Shown here: positions 16,764-26,610 of the stretch, piece after piece
Position numbering within the stretch: the stretch's first letter is position 1
Layout: each line of letters begins with the position of its first letter
DNA from: Anaerovoracaceae bacterium
GTDB taxonomy: Bacteria > Bacillota > Clostridia > Peptostreptococcales > Anaerovoracaceae
Assembly: GCA_963642455.1 (NCBI GenBank)
Contig: CAVIGM010000003.1
Span: forward strand, 1,716 to 65,715
Direction: 5' to 3'
Length of the DNA stretch: 64,000 bases
Program-made: the position numbers and the translations under genes
Notes under the pieces: model-generated
Seen by the model: only the letters and a program-made list of their open reading frames with translations
Databases searched by the model: none
Told to the model about the DNA's origin: nothing

Positions 16764-17315
16764 CTAAAGAGCCTCTACATCGTCAGGCTCGAGATAGCTG
16801 ATATATGGGAGATTTCTGTATTTCTCGTCATAGTCAAGTCCGTATCCGACTACGAAAAGGTCCTCTATCTCAAAGCCGACATATTTAGGCTTGATGTCAT
16901 TCGTTCTTCTTGCTGCTTTGTCGAGCATTGTGCAAATTTCGATGCTCTTAGGATGTCTTTCCTCAAGCTTCTTTACAAGATAAGCAAGTGTATTTCCTGT
17001 ATCGATAATATCCTCAACGACAAGAACATGCTTGTTATAAAGATTCTGAGTTGGCTCGAGCGCAATCTTAACGATACCTGAGCTGATTGTTGATGAACCA
17101 TAGCTACTTGCGATTACGAAATCAAAGATTGTATTATTGCTAATGCACTTAGAAAGGTCAGCCATCCAAGGAAGTGATCCCTTCAATGTTCCTATAAGAA
17201 TTATCTCCTCTCCTTCGTAATCCTTGCTGATAAGCTCTCCGAGCTCCTTTGCTCTCTTTCTGATCTGCTTCTCGTCAAAAAGAACTTTGCCGACCATTTT
17301 TGGTTCCTTGCTCAT
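16764..17315 (-). CDS. hpt: Hypoxanthine phosphoribosyltransferase
   Basis: The PRPP-binding motif VLVVEDIIDTGNT is present, and the 183-aa length fits. Confidence 0.9.
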   Translation of the reverse strand: MSKEPKMVGKVLFDEKQIRKRAKELGELISKDYEGEEIILIGTLKGSLPWMADLSKCISNNTIFDFVIASSYGSSTISSGIVKIALEPTQNLYNKHVLVVEDIIDTGNTLAYLVKKLEERHPKSIEICTMLDKAARRTNDIKPKYVGFEIEDLFVVGYGLDYDEKYRNLPYISYLEPDDVEAL

Positions 17316-17355
17316 TTCATCCTCCTAAATAATTTCGCTTTGTCTTAAATTCTAA

Positions 17356-17412
17356 TTTATTATTGTTATCTTCTTGATATTCTTATTGTTATTGTTATTC
17401 TTCTTCTTATTA
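17356..17412. repeat. Degenerate TTATTG/TTCTTC trinucleotide-type repeat tract
   Basis: The tract runs from the hpt upstream region into the stop codon of engB. Confidence 0.6.
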
Positions 17413-18018
17413 TTGTTGTTCTGCTTCCTCTGCGGCTGCAAGAAGCTCGCCTAAGGCATCAAGCAAGCTGTCGTGTCCGCTCCTCTTAAGGGCCGAAACA
17501 GGTATTATAATATCCGTCTTATCCATGCCGAGCGTTTCTCTTATGAGCTTGAGATTCTTCTGCTTCTCATTTGCCGACACCTTGTCAGCCTTAGTTGCAA
17601 CAACGATGCCGCTTAGCCCGTAATATTTAAGGTAATCGTACATCTGAACATCCTGTGCAGATGGCTTATGCCTTATGTCGACAAGCTGAACTACCTTGAG
17701 GAGCTTCTCCCTGTTCTCAAGGTAATTCTCCATCATCTCGCCCCACTTCTCGCTCTCGCTCTTAGAGACCTTCGCATAGCCGTAGCCTGGCAGGTCAACT
17801 ATGCGAAAGTCATCATTGCATAAATAGAAATTTATTGTCCTCGTCTTCCCGGGGCTTCCCGAGACTCTCGCGAGGCTCTTTCTTCCTGTAATCAGATTGA
17901 GAAGCGAAGACTTGCCAACATTCGACCTTCCCGCAAAGGCAATCTCATATTTGTCCTCAGCAGGATACTGCGAAGGCTTAACCGCAACACATTCAAGCTC
18001 TGACTTATTTATCTTCAT
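17410..18018 (-). CDS. engB: Ribosome biogenesis GTP-binding protein YsxC/EngB
   Basis: G1 is GRSNVGKSS, DLPGYG is present, and the G4 motif is TKADK. It overlaps the 3' end of lon by 14 nt, matching lon-ysxC synteny. Confidence 0.9.
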   Translation of the reverse strand: MKINKSELECVAVKPSQYPAEDKYEIAFAGRSNVGKSSLLNLITGRKSLARVSGSPGKTRTINFYLCNDDFRIVDLPGYGYAKVSKSESEKWGEMMENYLENREKLLKVVQLVDIRHKPSAQDVQMYDYLKYYGLSGIVVATKADKVSANEKQKNLKLIRETLGMDKTDIIIPVSALKRSGHDSLLDALGELLAAAEEAEQQ

Positions 18019-20326
18019 CGATGATTATCTCCTTGAGGGCATCCTCAACCGTATCGATAAGTACGAATTCGATTTGCTTGTTAAGCTGAATAGGGATATC
18101 CTTGATATCCGGCTCGTTCTCTCTTGGAATCAAGATTCTTGTAATTCCCTGTCTGTAAGCTGCCAGAGCCTTCTCCTTGAGTCCTCCAATCTTGAGCACC
18201 CTTCCGCGAAGTGTGATTTCTCCTGTCATTGCGATATTCCGTCTTGCTTTTTTCTCTGAGAGACAGGAATACAGCGCACAGAACATTGTCACACCAGCTG
18301 ATGGTCCGTCCTTAGGAGTTGCACCCTCTGGGATATGAATCTGAATATCGTAATCCTTGAAATATTCGTCAGGAATATTGTGTTCCTTTGCAATTGAGCG
18401 AATATAGCCAAGAGCTGTTGTTGCAGATTCCTTCATTACATCGCCCATCTGACCTGTGAGAATGAGCTTGCCTGTTCCAGGCATCTTGACTGTCTCGATT
18501 TCGAGAGTTACTCCGCCGACACTTGTCCATGCCATACCTGTCGTTGTTCCGACTGCAGGTGCAAGGTCTGCCATATCCTCTGAATATATCCTCTTGCCGA
18601 GGTATTTCTCAAGATTTCTTGGCATGATGCGATAAGGCTTCTTCTTCTCTGTTACAAGACGCTTAGCAATCTTGCGGCAGATATTTGCTATCTCTCTTTC
18701 GAGATTACGCACGCCGGCCTCTCTTGTATAATAGTTGATGATTTCTCTTATCGCCTCTTCATTGAATACAAGCTGAGATTCTCTGATTGAATGCTCCTTA
18801 AGCTGCTTAGGAATAAGGAAATTCTGCGCGATGCTTACCTTCTCATCCTCAATATAGCTTGAGAGCTCAATTACTTCCATTCTGTCAAGAAGAGGAGCTG
18901 GTATTGTCGAGGTCGTATTTGCCGTTGTAATGAACATAACTTTCGACAAATCGAAAGGTATCTCAAGGTATCTGTCTGTGAAGCTGCTATTCTGCTCAGG
19001 GTCTAATACCTCAAGAAGCGCGGATGCTGGGTCTCCTCTGAAATCCGAGCCGATTTTGTCAATCTCATCGAAAAGGAAGAGCGGGTTATTCGTACCAGAC
19101 TCGATTATTCCGTTGATTACTCTTCCCGGGATTGCTCCGACATAGGTTCTTCTGTGGCCTCTAATCTCTGACTCATCAGTTACGCCGCCAAGCGACATTC
19201 TGACAAATTCCCTATTTGTAGCATGAGCTATCGACCTTGCAATAGAGGTCTTTCCAACTCCTGGAGGGCCTACAAGACAAAGAATAGGCGCCTTTGAGCC
19301 TTTAGTGAGCTGCATTACGGCAAGGCTCTCTATGATTCTTTCCTTGACATTCTTGAGTCCGTAATGTTCCGCGTCGAGAATCTTCTCAGCCTTCTTGATG
19401 CTTGTGCTGACCTTCGATGATTCATTCCATGGCAGAGAAAGAACGGTCTCAATATATGTCCTTGATACATTTGCATCAGGGCTCATAGTGTGCATCTTGG
19501 AGAACTTGTCGATCTCCTTGCGCATCTTTGTATCTACCCTCTCAGGGAGCTTAAGCTCATCAAGCTTCTCGAGCCATTGCTTCGCCTCGTCGTCAGAATC
19601 CTCATCTTCTCCGAGCTCCTTCTTGATTTCCTGAAGCTGCTCTCTGAGATAATATTCCTTCTGACTGCGGTTCATATTCTTCGCAACTCTATTCTTGATT
19701 TTCTTTGCGAGGGAAAGAATCTGGTTCTCGTTGCTTATCATCTCGATGAGCTGCTCAATTCTAAGCTGAACCGAATCAATTTCGAGAAGTGTCTGCTTGA
19801 ATTCGAAATCTATCTCGATTTCGCCGGCAATCGTATTGCAGAGCAAGGATGGGTCATCTATTCCATCTATCAGAGCTCTTGCTGCTGCCTCTCCGGTATT
19901 ACTCAACTCAATATACTTAAGAAAACTCTTCTTAAGTACTCTAAGTAGGGCCTGTGTGTTAAGGTCTTCAAGATTATTGTCGGTCTCAGGTGCTATCTCA
20001 TATGTGCAGCTAAGCATCTTGTCATCATCAAAGAAATCGTTGAGTCTGACTCTCTCCTCACAATCAGCAAGCACCCTGACATATTCATTTTGGTGTTTTA
20101 CCACCTGCCTTAATCTAAGAAGTATTCCGGTCTTGTAGCAATCATCCTCACAAGGGTCATTTACCTCTATATCTTTCTGCGTTACAGCGACAATATATTT
20201 ATCGCTATTCATTGCAGTGTCGATAGCTACAAGTGATTTGTCTCTTCCTATATCAAAGCCTACGATATTCCCTGGGAAAAAGACCTGTCCTCTTAATGCA
20301 ATTAAAGGTGTTCTGTTATCTTCCAT
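18005..20326 (-). CDS. lon: ATP-dependent protease LonA
   Basis: It has a LON N-domain, an AAA+ module (GPPGVGKTS) and a protease domain with PKDGPSAGV (the catalytic Ser lies in GPSAG). Confidence 0.95.
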   Translation of the reverse strand: MEDNRTPLIALRGQVFFPGNIVGFDIGRDKSLVAIDTAMNSDKYIVAVTQKDIEVNDPCEDDCYKTGILLRLRQVVKHQNEYVRVLADCEERVRLNDFFDDDKMLSCTYEIAPETDNNLEDLNTQALLRVLKKSFLKYIELSNTGEAAARALIDGIDDPSLLCNTIAGEIEIDFEFKQTLLEIDSVQLRIEQLIEMISNENQILSLAKKIKNRVAKNMNRSQKEYYLREQLQEIKKELGEDEDSDDEAKQWLEKLDELKLPERVDTKMRKEIDKFSKMHTMSPDANVSRTYIETVLSLPWNESSKVSTSIKKAEKILDAEHYGLKNVKERIIESLAVMQLTKGSKAPILCLVGPPGVGKTSIARSIAHATNREFVRMSLGGVTDESEIRGHRRTYVGAIPGRVINGIIESGTNNPLFLFDEIDKIGSDFRGDPASALLEVLDPEQNSSFTDRYLEIPFDLSKVMFITTANTTSTIPAPLLDRMEVIELSSYIEDEKVSIAQNFLIPKQLKEHSIRESQLVFNEEAIREIINYYTREAGVRNLEREIANICRKIAKRLVTEKKKPYRIMPRNLEKYLGKRIYSEDMADLAPAVGTTTGMAWTSVGGVTLEIETVKMPGTGKLILTGQMGDVMKESATTALGYIRSIAKEHNIPDEYFKDYDIQIHIPEGATPKDGPSAGVTMFCALYSCLSEKKARRNIAMTGEITLRGRVLKIGGLKEKALAAYRQGITRILIPRENEPDIKDIPIQLNKQIEFVLIDTVEDALKEIIIDEDK

Positions 20327-20400
20327 TCGACTGAAATCCTCCTTTACTATTCATATTATACCGACATTTTATGATACGTTCGAAATTTTTATACCGAATA

Positions 20401-20441
20401 GGCGGCATACGTTGAAATTTCCGCTTGCCGCCCATTTTTTT
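20401..20441. terminator. Hairpin between clpX and lon whose T7 tract lies on the plus strand
   Basis: GGCGGCA, 18 nt, TGCCGCC, then CATTTTTTT on the plus strand. On the minus strand the A-run precedes the stem and only UAUUCGGUAU follows it. Confidence 0.45.
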
Positions 20442-20454
20442 CTCTCTCTATAAC

Positions 20455-21717
20455 TTACTTCTGCTTCTCCTCAAGAAGCGGTCTTGCTCCACTTACCACA
20501 ACGTCCTTAGTGATTGTGCACTTGCCTATCTCTGGCCTGGATGGAAGCTCATACATGATATCTGTCATCATGCTCTCAAAAATACCTCTCAAGCCTCTTG
20601 CTCCAGTCTTGAGTTCGAGTGCCTTGTCGGCTATTGCAGTGATTGCCTCGTCAGTAACCACAAGCTCCACATCATCCATCGACATAAGCTTCGCGTACTG
20701 CTTGATAATAGAGTTCTTAGGCTCTCTGATAATTCTCTCAAGAGCCTGCTCGCTTAACTCGCTTAGAGAAACAATCATTGGAAGTCTTCCGATAAGCTCA
20801 GGAATGATTCCGTATCTCAGAAGATCCTCAGGCTCAACCTTGAGAAGAATATCGTTCTCTGTAAGCTGCTCATTGTCTTCTTCTGAGTTAGACGAATTGA
20901 AGCCTATTACCTTATCGCCAAGTCGCCTTTTGATAATGGTTGACAGTCCCATGAAGGCTCCGCCGCATATAAAGAGCACATTCTTTGTATCGAAATGAAT
21001 GAACTCCTGCATTGGATGCTTCCTTCCGCCCTGAGGTGGAACATTTGCAACGGTTCCCTCGATAATCTTCAAAAGCGCCTGCTGAACGCCCTCGCCACTT
21101 ACATCTCTTGTGATGGACATGTTCTCGGACTTGCGGGCTATCTTGTCGATTTCGTCTATATAGATTATGCCCCTCTCGGCTCTTTCGAGGTCGCCATCTG
21201 CTGCCTGATATAATCTCAAGAGAATATTCTCAACGTCCTCTCCGACATAGCCGGCCTCTGTAAGCGTTGTCGCATCTACGATTGCAAAAGGAACATTCAG
21301 AGTCCTTGCAAGTGTCTGTGCAAGCAAGGTCTTGCCGCTTCCTGTAGGTCCGAGAAGAAGGATGTTGCTCTTCTGAATCTCAACATCGTCCTTGTTATTG
21401 CCTCGGCTCTCAAGATATCTGATTCTCTTATAGTGATTGTAGACTGCAACCGCAAGAGCCTTCTTAGCAGGCTCCTGCTCAATTACATATTCGGATAATT
21501 CCTCGAAAATTTGCTCAGGCTTAGGAAGCTTCTCAAGTCTCTTAGGTGCAATAGCTTCGCGGTTCTCTTTGCAGAGATCAACGCATAGCTCTACGCACTC
21601 ATCGCAGATATATACACCTGGGCCTACTATGATTTTCTTGACCTCGTCATTTGTCTTTCCGCAGAAAGAGCAGACTAGTCCTTTGCCATTTCCCGATGTC
21701 TTTGTACTCTTAGCCAC
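20455..21717 (-). CDS. clpX: ATP-dependent Clp protease ATP-binding subunit ClpX
   Basis: It has a zinc-ribbon N-terminus (CSFCGK...ICDECV), Walker A GPTGSGKT and an IGF-type loop region. Confidence 0.95.
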   Translation of the reverse strand: MAKSTKTSGNGKGLVCSFCGKTNDEVKKIIVGPGVYICDECVELCVDLCKENREAIAPKRLEKLPKPEQIFEELSEYVIEQEPAKKALAVAVYNHYKRIRYLESRGNNKDDVEIQKSNILLLGPTGSGKTLLAQTLARTLNVPFAIVDATTLTEAGYVGEDVENILLRLYQAADGDLERAERGIIYIDEIDKIARKSENMSITRDVSGEGVQQALLKIIEGTVANVPPQGGRKHPMQEFIHFDTKNVLFICGGAFMGLSTIIKRRLGDKVIGFNSSNSEEDNEQLTENDILLKVEPEDLLRYGIIPELIGRLPMIVSLSELSEQALERIIREPKNSIIKQYAKLMSMDDVELVVTDEAITAIADKALELKTGARGLRGIFESMMTDIMYELPSRPEIGKCTITKDVVVSGARPLLEEKQK

Positions 21718-21730
21718 ATTAACTCCTTTA

Positions 21731-21799
21731 TCGCTGTTGTTGCTGTTGCTGCCGATATTGTTGTTGCTGCCGATATTGCTACCGCTATCGCTATCGCTT
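21731..21799. repeat. Tandem repeats (GTTGCTGCCGATATT x2 with period 18; GCTATC x2)
   Basis: The array fills the clpX-clpP spacer and reaches the clpP stop. Confidence 0.8.
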
Positions 21800-22369
21800 C
21801 AATACTTCATCGATAATTCCATATTTAACAGCCTCATCAGCTGACATGAAATTATCTCTATCGGTATCCTTCTCAATGGTCTTAAGGCTCTGCCCTGTAT
21901 TCTCAGCGAGAATCTTATGGAGCTTAGCCTTAGTCTTCATCATCCAGTCAGCCTGAATCTTAATATCTGATGCCTGACCTTGCGCTCCGCCGAGAGGTTG
22001 ATGAATCATAATCTCTGCATTTGGAAGAGCAAATCTCTTGCCCTTTGTTCCTGCGGAGAGGAGCACTGCGCCCATGCTTGCAGCCATACCTACACAAATC
22101 GTGCAAATATCTGGCTTAACATATTTCATGGTATCATAGATAGCCATTCCGGCAGTTACTACGCCACCCGGAGAATTGATATATATATTGATATCCTTCT
22201 CTGGATCTTGTGCCTCGAGGAAAAGAAGCTGCGCAACAACAAGGCTTGCTACGTGGTCGTTAATCTCCTCATCAATGAAGACGATTCTGTCCTGCAGAAG
22301 TCTTGAATAAATGTCATAGCTTCTTTCGCCGCTGCTGGTCTGCTCAATAACATAAGGTACGTAATTCAT
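21791..22369 (-). CDS. clpP: ATP-dependent Clp protease proteolytic subunit
   Basis: GMAASMGA (catalytic Ser) and IHQPLGG (catalytic His) are present in a 192-aa protein. Confidence 0.95.
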   Translation of the reverse strand: MNYVPYVIEQTSSGERSYDIYSRLLQDRIVFIDEEINDHVASLVVAQLLFLEAQDPEKDINIYINSPGGVVTAGMAIYDTMKYVKPDICTICVGMAASMGAVLLSAGTKGKRFALPNAEIMIHQPLGGAQGQASDIKIQADWMMKTKAKLHKILAENTGQSLKTIEKDTDRDNFMSADEAVKYGIIDEVLKR

Positions 22370-22400
22370 AATTCCCTCTCTAATTTATCTCTTGGTCATC

Positions 22401-22467
22401 TTGAATTCAGATTGAATTCCGCTCGAGTTCGGCTTGAATTCGTCTCGCGAATTGTCTTGCGAATTAT
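22401..22467. repeat. Dispersed or tandem TTGAATTC x3 and GCGAATT x2 repeats
   Basis: These lie in the clpP-tig spacer and end at the tig stop codon. Confidence 0.7.
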
Positions 22468-23783
22468 TCAGCCTTGTCTGTTACGGTCTCAACAGGCTCG
22501 CCCTTAACAGCGTTCTTGTAGATAAGGTCGATAGCCTTCTTAGTCTGAACATCCTCTGCGAAATATTTCTCAGCAGTAGTTCCAACCATTTCCTTAACCT
22601 GCTCTGCAGTCTGGCCATACTGTGCGCCAAATTCTGCCATCATGTCATTGATCTCTTCTTCAGAAGCCTCAATGTTCTCTATTCTAATAATGTTCTTAAG
22701 AAGGATTCTTGTGATAACTCTCTTAAGAGCATCAGGTCTCATATCCTCGCGGAAATCTCCGATGTTCTTGCCCATCCAGTTCAGATAGTCGTCAAGCTTA
22801 AGGCCCTGATATGACAGCTGCTGGTTCATCTCATATACCATATTGTCAATCTCGCCCTCAATCATAGCTACAGGTGGCTCAATCTGGTTAGCATTGTAAA
22901 GTGCTTCTAATGCTCTATCCTTCATGATGCTCTCGTCTCTCTCGTCAGCCTTCTTCTGAAGCTGCTTCTTAAGATCCTTCTTGTAATCAGCAAGTGTCTC
23001 GAAATCACTTACATCGCTTGCAAGCTCGTCATCGATTGCTGGCAGAATTTCTTCTTTAATCTCATGAATCTTAGTCTTGAAGAGAGCTTCCTTACCTGCG
23101 AGCTCCTCAGCATGATAGTCTGTTGGGAATGTAACAAGTACATCAACATCATCTCCTGCGTCCTTCTCTGTGAGCTGATCCTCGAAGCCTGCGATGAACT
23201 GGCCGCTTCCAAGCTTAAGCTCGAAATTATCAGCTGTGCCGCCCTGGAATTCTTCGCCATCAACAGATCCAACGAAGTCGATAATTACAGTGTCGCCAAG
23301 CTTAGACTTTCTGTCCGTAACAGTCTCCATTCTGCCCTGGCTCTTCTGAACTTTCTCAAGCTCTTCATTAACTTCCTTAGCTCCAATCTTGGTTACGATA
23401 TTCTCAATCTCAAGGCCCTTGTAATCCTTAACATCGATTTCTGGAAAACCTGCAACAGTTACTTTAACAAGCACGTCCTCGCCCTTTACGATATCGTTAA
23501 GCTCAATCTTTGGTTGGTCGATAGCCTCGATATCAAGCTCGTTAAGTGCATCATAGTAGCCCTTGTCGAAAAGAGCATTCAGAGCGTCGTTATAGAAAAC
23601 ATCTGCGCCATAGTAGCTCTCGATGATCTTTCTTGGTGCTTTTCCCTTGCGGAAACCATCGATAGAGAATTGTCCTCTGTTCTTCTTGTAGGACTTGTTA
23701 ATCTCCTCTTCAAATTCCTCATTTGAGAAAGCAATCTCAAATTCGTAAGTGCTGCCATCCTTTGAAATCAGTGTGGTCTTCAT
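22464..23783 (-). CDS. tig: Trigger factor
   Basis: It has the N-terminal ribosome-binding motif GFRKGKAP, a central FKBP PPIase domain and a C-terminal arm. It lies in tig-clpP-clpX synteny. Confidence 0.9.
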   Translation of the reverse strand: MKTTLISKDGSTYEFEIAFSNEEFEEEINKSYKKNRGQFSIDGFRKGKAPRKIIESYYGADVFYNDALNALFDKGYYDALNELDIEAIDQPKIELNDIVKGEDVLVKVTVAGFPEIDVKDYKGLEIENIVTKIGAKEVNEELEKVQKSQGRMETVTDRKSKLGDTVIIDFVGSVDGEEFQGGTADNFELKLGSGQFIAGFEDQLTEKDAGDDVDVLVTFPTDYHAEELAGKEALFKTKIHEIKEEILPAIDDELASDVSDFETLADYKKDLKKQLQKKADERDESIMKDRALEALYNANQIEPPVAMIEGEIDNMVYEMNQQLSYQGLKLDDYLNWMGKNIGDFREDMRPDALKRVITRILLKNIIRIENIEASEEEINDMMAEFGAQYGQTAEQVKEMVGTTAEKYFAEDVQTKKAIDLIYKNAVKGEPVETVTDKAE

Positions 23784-23903
23784 TTGTATTATTCCTCCTA
23801 AGTCTATAAAAGATTCACTGTTAATGTTATGTATTTGTATATATAAATAATTATCTAATTGACTGATTATCTATTCATATCTATTCATAACTATTTATAA
23901 CTA

Positions 23904-24515
23904 TTATTGAAAAGCCCTTTGCAATTTGGAAAATTTCTCAGGCTCGAGCTTGTATTTCCTTGCAATATCCGTTGCAAGCTTCTTGAAGTCCTCTTCATCG
24001 CCGTAATACCATTCAATCTCAAGTTCGAGAATCGGTACGTCTCCGGCCTTCCTTCTTATCGCCCCATCATCGAGCGAAATCGCGCTTATTGATTTGCCCG
24101 TATCGAAGATAGCCTGTTTTCTTAGAAAATCCATCTCGACCACCTTCCGAAGTTGCTTATTACCAGCGGCCTTTTGCAATACCTCGTACGCACCGCTTGA
24201 AGCGAAGGCTTCGATGTTAGGTCTTTGGGCGAACTTCTCATCGCTGATATAAAGATTGAATTCCTCTCGTACATGCAAGCCGTCAACAACCTTGTTGTCC
24301 CACTTGATGGTCGCGATTATTCGGTCGTTCTCATATCTGATTCTGTATGCGATACCCCTTTTGCGCAAATCCTCGTCTTCCGTGTCGAAATAGACAGCAT
24401 GCATTCTCAGCTCTTCAACGCTCTTGTTCTTAAGAAAAGGTCCGAATTCCTCATCCCTTAGAATCTCAGAAAACACAGCGGTGTCTGTTGCACGGTACTT
24501 GTATTCTGTTTCCAT
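23904..24515 (-). CDS. CYTH-domain protein (triphosphate tunnel metalloenzyme / CyaB-like)
   Basis: The ExExK signature sits at the N-terminus (METEYKY). I place the start at ATG 24515 behind a GAGGAG RBS, not at the upstream codon 24542. Confidence 0.65.
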   Translation of the reverse strand: METEYKYRATDTAVFSEILRDEEFGPFLKNKSVEELRMHAVYFDTEDEDLRKRGIAYRIRYENDRIIATIKWDNKVVDGLHVREEFNLYISDEKFAQRPNIEAFASSGAYEVLQKAAGNKQLRKVVEMDFLRKQAIFDTGKSISAISLDDGAIRRKAGDVPILELEIEWYYGDEEDFKKLATDIARKYKLEPEKFSKLQRAFQ

Positions 24516-24622
24516 ATAATCTCCTCGGTTAATTTCTCGCAAATTAGCCTAACAATTATACATTAAAGGAGAGTATTCATTCAAGCATTATCGCAATTCA
24601 AATCCTAAATCAGATGCTTAAT

Positions 24623-25423
24623 TCAATTTTCGAACTTTACAAGCTTGATTTTGCTATTTCGGTCAGCGAAAAGCAAATCCGTCATCGAAATAAAGTTGTC
24701 TGAAAGGTCGCTTGCATAATATCTGTCGTTGAAATCGTTTCGTTCTGCGAGCATATCGTTCTCTTTGAGATAATTTGCAAGCTCGTTTACAACTTCTGTT
24801 GACGAGTTGTAGAGATTGAGCTTAGGATACAGCTTTCTTATATGCTTAGCTATAAGCGGATAATGCGTGCATCCGAGTATCAGATTATCGAAGTCATTCT
24901 CACTAATGAAGTCATCAAGATAATATGCGACTGTCTTCTCCATTATTTCTGTATCGGCAAAGCCCTCTTCTATCAAAGGAACAAGGGCCGGGCAGGCAAG
25001 GCTGTAGGTCTTAATCTCAGGCTTAAGCTCATGCAGCTTCTTTGAGTAGACATCGCTTGATATCGTAGCCTTAGTCGCAATAATGCCAACCTTGTCGCAG
25101 CCATCGCTTATTACCTTTCGAACTGTCGGTCCGACAACTCCGTAAATAGGAACATCAGGATATTTGGCTCTCAGCGAATCAAGGGCCATAGCCGTAACAG
25201 TATTGCAGGCGATTATTACAAGCTTGACATCCTTAGATATAAGGTAGTCAACTATCTGCCCTGCGAATTCTTTAATTGTCTCTGGTGATTTCGAACCGTA
25301 AGGTGTTCTTGCCGTATCTCCAAAATACAGGACCTTCTCATTCGGGAGCTTCTCGTGAAGTTCCTGAACGCTGGTCAAGCCGCCTAAGCCGGAATCGAAA
25401 AACCCAATAGGTCTGTTATCCAT
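24623..25423 (-). CDS. murI: Glutamate racemase
   Basis: GFFDSGLGGLT is present, together with the two catalytic Cys contexts (IACNT and GCTHYP). Confidence 0.9.
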   Translation of the reverse strand: MDNRPIGFFDSGLGGLTSVQELHEKLPNEKVLYFGDTARTPYGSKSPETIKEFAGQIVDYLISKDVKLVIIACNTVTAMALDSLRAKYPDVPIYGVVGPTVRKVISDGCDKVGIIATKATISSDVYSKKLHELKPEIKTYSLACPALVPLIEEGFADTEIMEKTVAYYLDDFISENDFDNLILGCTHYPLIAKHIRKLYPKLNLYNSSTEVVNELANYLKENDMLAERNDFNDRYYASDLSDNFISMTDLLFADRNSKIKLVKFEN

Positions 25424-25488
25424 ATTATACTTCTTTCGCTAAATCCCTCTCGAAATTTTATTATTAAAAGCCTGTCATTAGTTCGAAT

Positions 25489-26427
25489 TTAGATTCTGTC
25501 GTTGCTGCCAAGAACATCTACGATCTTGTGAGCTACCATATCCTTAACTGCCTGACGAGCTGGCTTCAGATACTGGCGAGGGTCGAAGTGGTCAGGATGC
25601 TCTGCCATGTATTTTCTTATGCTTGCTGTAATTGCAAGGCGAATATCCGAGTCGATATTGATCTTGCATACTGCAGAAGCTGCTGCCTGACGAAGCTGAT
25701 CTTCTGGCACTCCGATTGCTCCTGGCATTGCGCCGCCGTATTTATTTATCTCAGCAACAAATTCCTGAGGAACTGAGGATGCTCCATGGAGAACGATTGG
25801 GAAGCCCGGCAGTCTTCTTGCTACTTCATCGAGTACATCAAATCTAAGCTGTGGCTTGGTGCCTGGCTTGAATTTGTATGCGCCGTGTGATGTGCCGATT
25901 GCGATTGCAAGCGAGTCGCAGCCAGTTCTTGCTACAAATTCCTCAACCTCTTCAGGCTTGGTATAAGATGCATTTCCAGACTCAACTACAACATCGTCCT
26001 CGATTCCGGCAAGAGTTCCAAGCTCGGCTTCAACTACTACGCCTCTTTCGTGAGCATAGTCTACAACCTTCTTCGCAAGCTCAATATTCTGGTCGAATGG
26101 CAGCGAGGATCCGTCTATCATTACCGATGTGAAACCGCCGTCGATGCAGGACTTGCAAGTCTCGAAGTCAGGGCCGTGGTCAAGGTGAAGTGCGATAGGA
26201 ATCTCAGGGCATTCAATCAGTGCGGCCTCAACCATCTTCACAAGATATGTGTGGTTAGCATAGGCTCTTGCGCCCTTTGATACCTGCAGAATTACAGGCG
26301 ACCTATTCTCCTTGCAGGCCTCGGTGATGCCCTGCACGATTTCCATATTATTAACATTAAAAGCGCCTATGGCATATCCTCCAGCATAGGCTTTGTCGAA
26401 CATTTCTTTGGTAGTTACTAAAGGCAT
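25489..26427 (-). CDS. fba: Class II fructose-1,6-bisphosphate aldolase
   Basis: Diagnostic motifs are PVILQVS, LHLDHG, and GTSHGAYKF in a 312-aa protein. Confidence 0.9.
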   Translation of the reverse strand: MPLVTTKEMFDKAYAGGYAIGAFNVNNMEIVQGITEACKENRSPVILQVSKGARAYANHTYLVKMVEAALIECPEIPIALHLDHGPDFETCKSCIDGGFTSVMIDGSSLPFDQNIELAKKVVDYAHERGVVVEAELGTLAGIEDDVVVESGNASYTKPEEVEEFVARTGCDSLAIAIGTSHGAYKFKPGTKPQLRFDVLDEVARRLPGFPIVLHGASSVPQEFVAEINKYGGAMPGAIGVPEDQLRQAAASAVCKINIDSDIRLAITASIRKYMAEHPDHFDPRQYLKPARQAVKDMVAHKIVDVLGSNDRI

Positions 26428-26542
26428 TGTATCTCTCTCCCTTTTCGTTTAATTATTATGTGAAGACTCTTAATTTGAGCCACTTTAATGCATTGTAAAT
26501 ATAACATAAATTGACTTATATCGCCACAATGGAAAAATGAAG

Positions 26543-26571
26543 ATTAGATGTGCATAAATTCATGCTATAAT
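26543..26571 (+). promoter_or_regulatory. Promoter of the acyltransferase gene with an extended -10 (TGcTATAAT)
   Basis: The sequence is aTTAGATgtgcataaattcaTGcTATAAT, 40 nt upstream of ATG 26611. Confidence 0.5.
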
Positions 26572-26610
26572 AGAAGAAAATTTGCGAAGAAGAAATAACG
26601 AGACTATTTA

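Noticed and set aside
22370-22463. A CtsR operator or CIRCE element upstream of clpP (and upstream of lon at 20327-20454).
   Set aside because: No GGTCAAA-NAN-GGTCAAA direct repeat and no TTAGCACTC-N9-GAGTGCTAA inverted repeat is present on either strand. The spacer is made of TTGAATTC/GCGAATT repeats.
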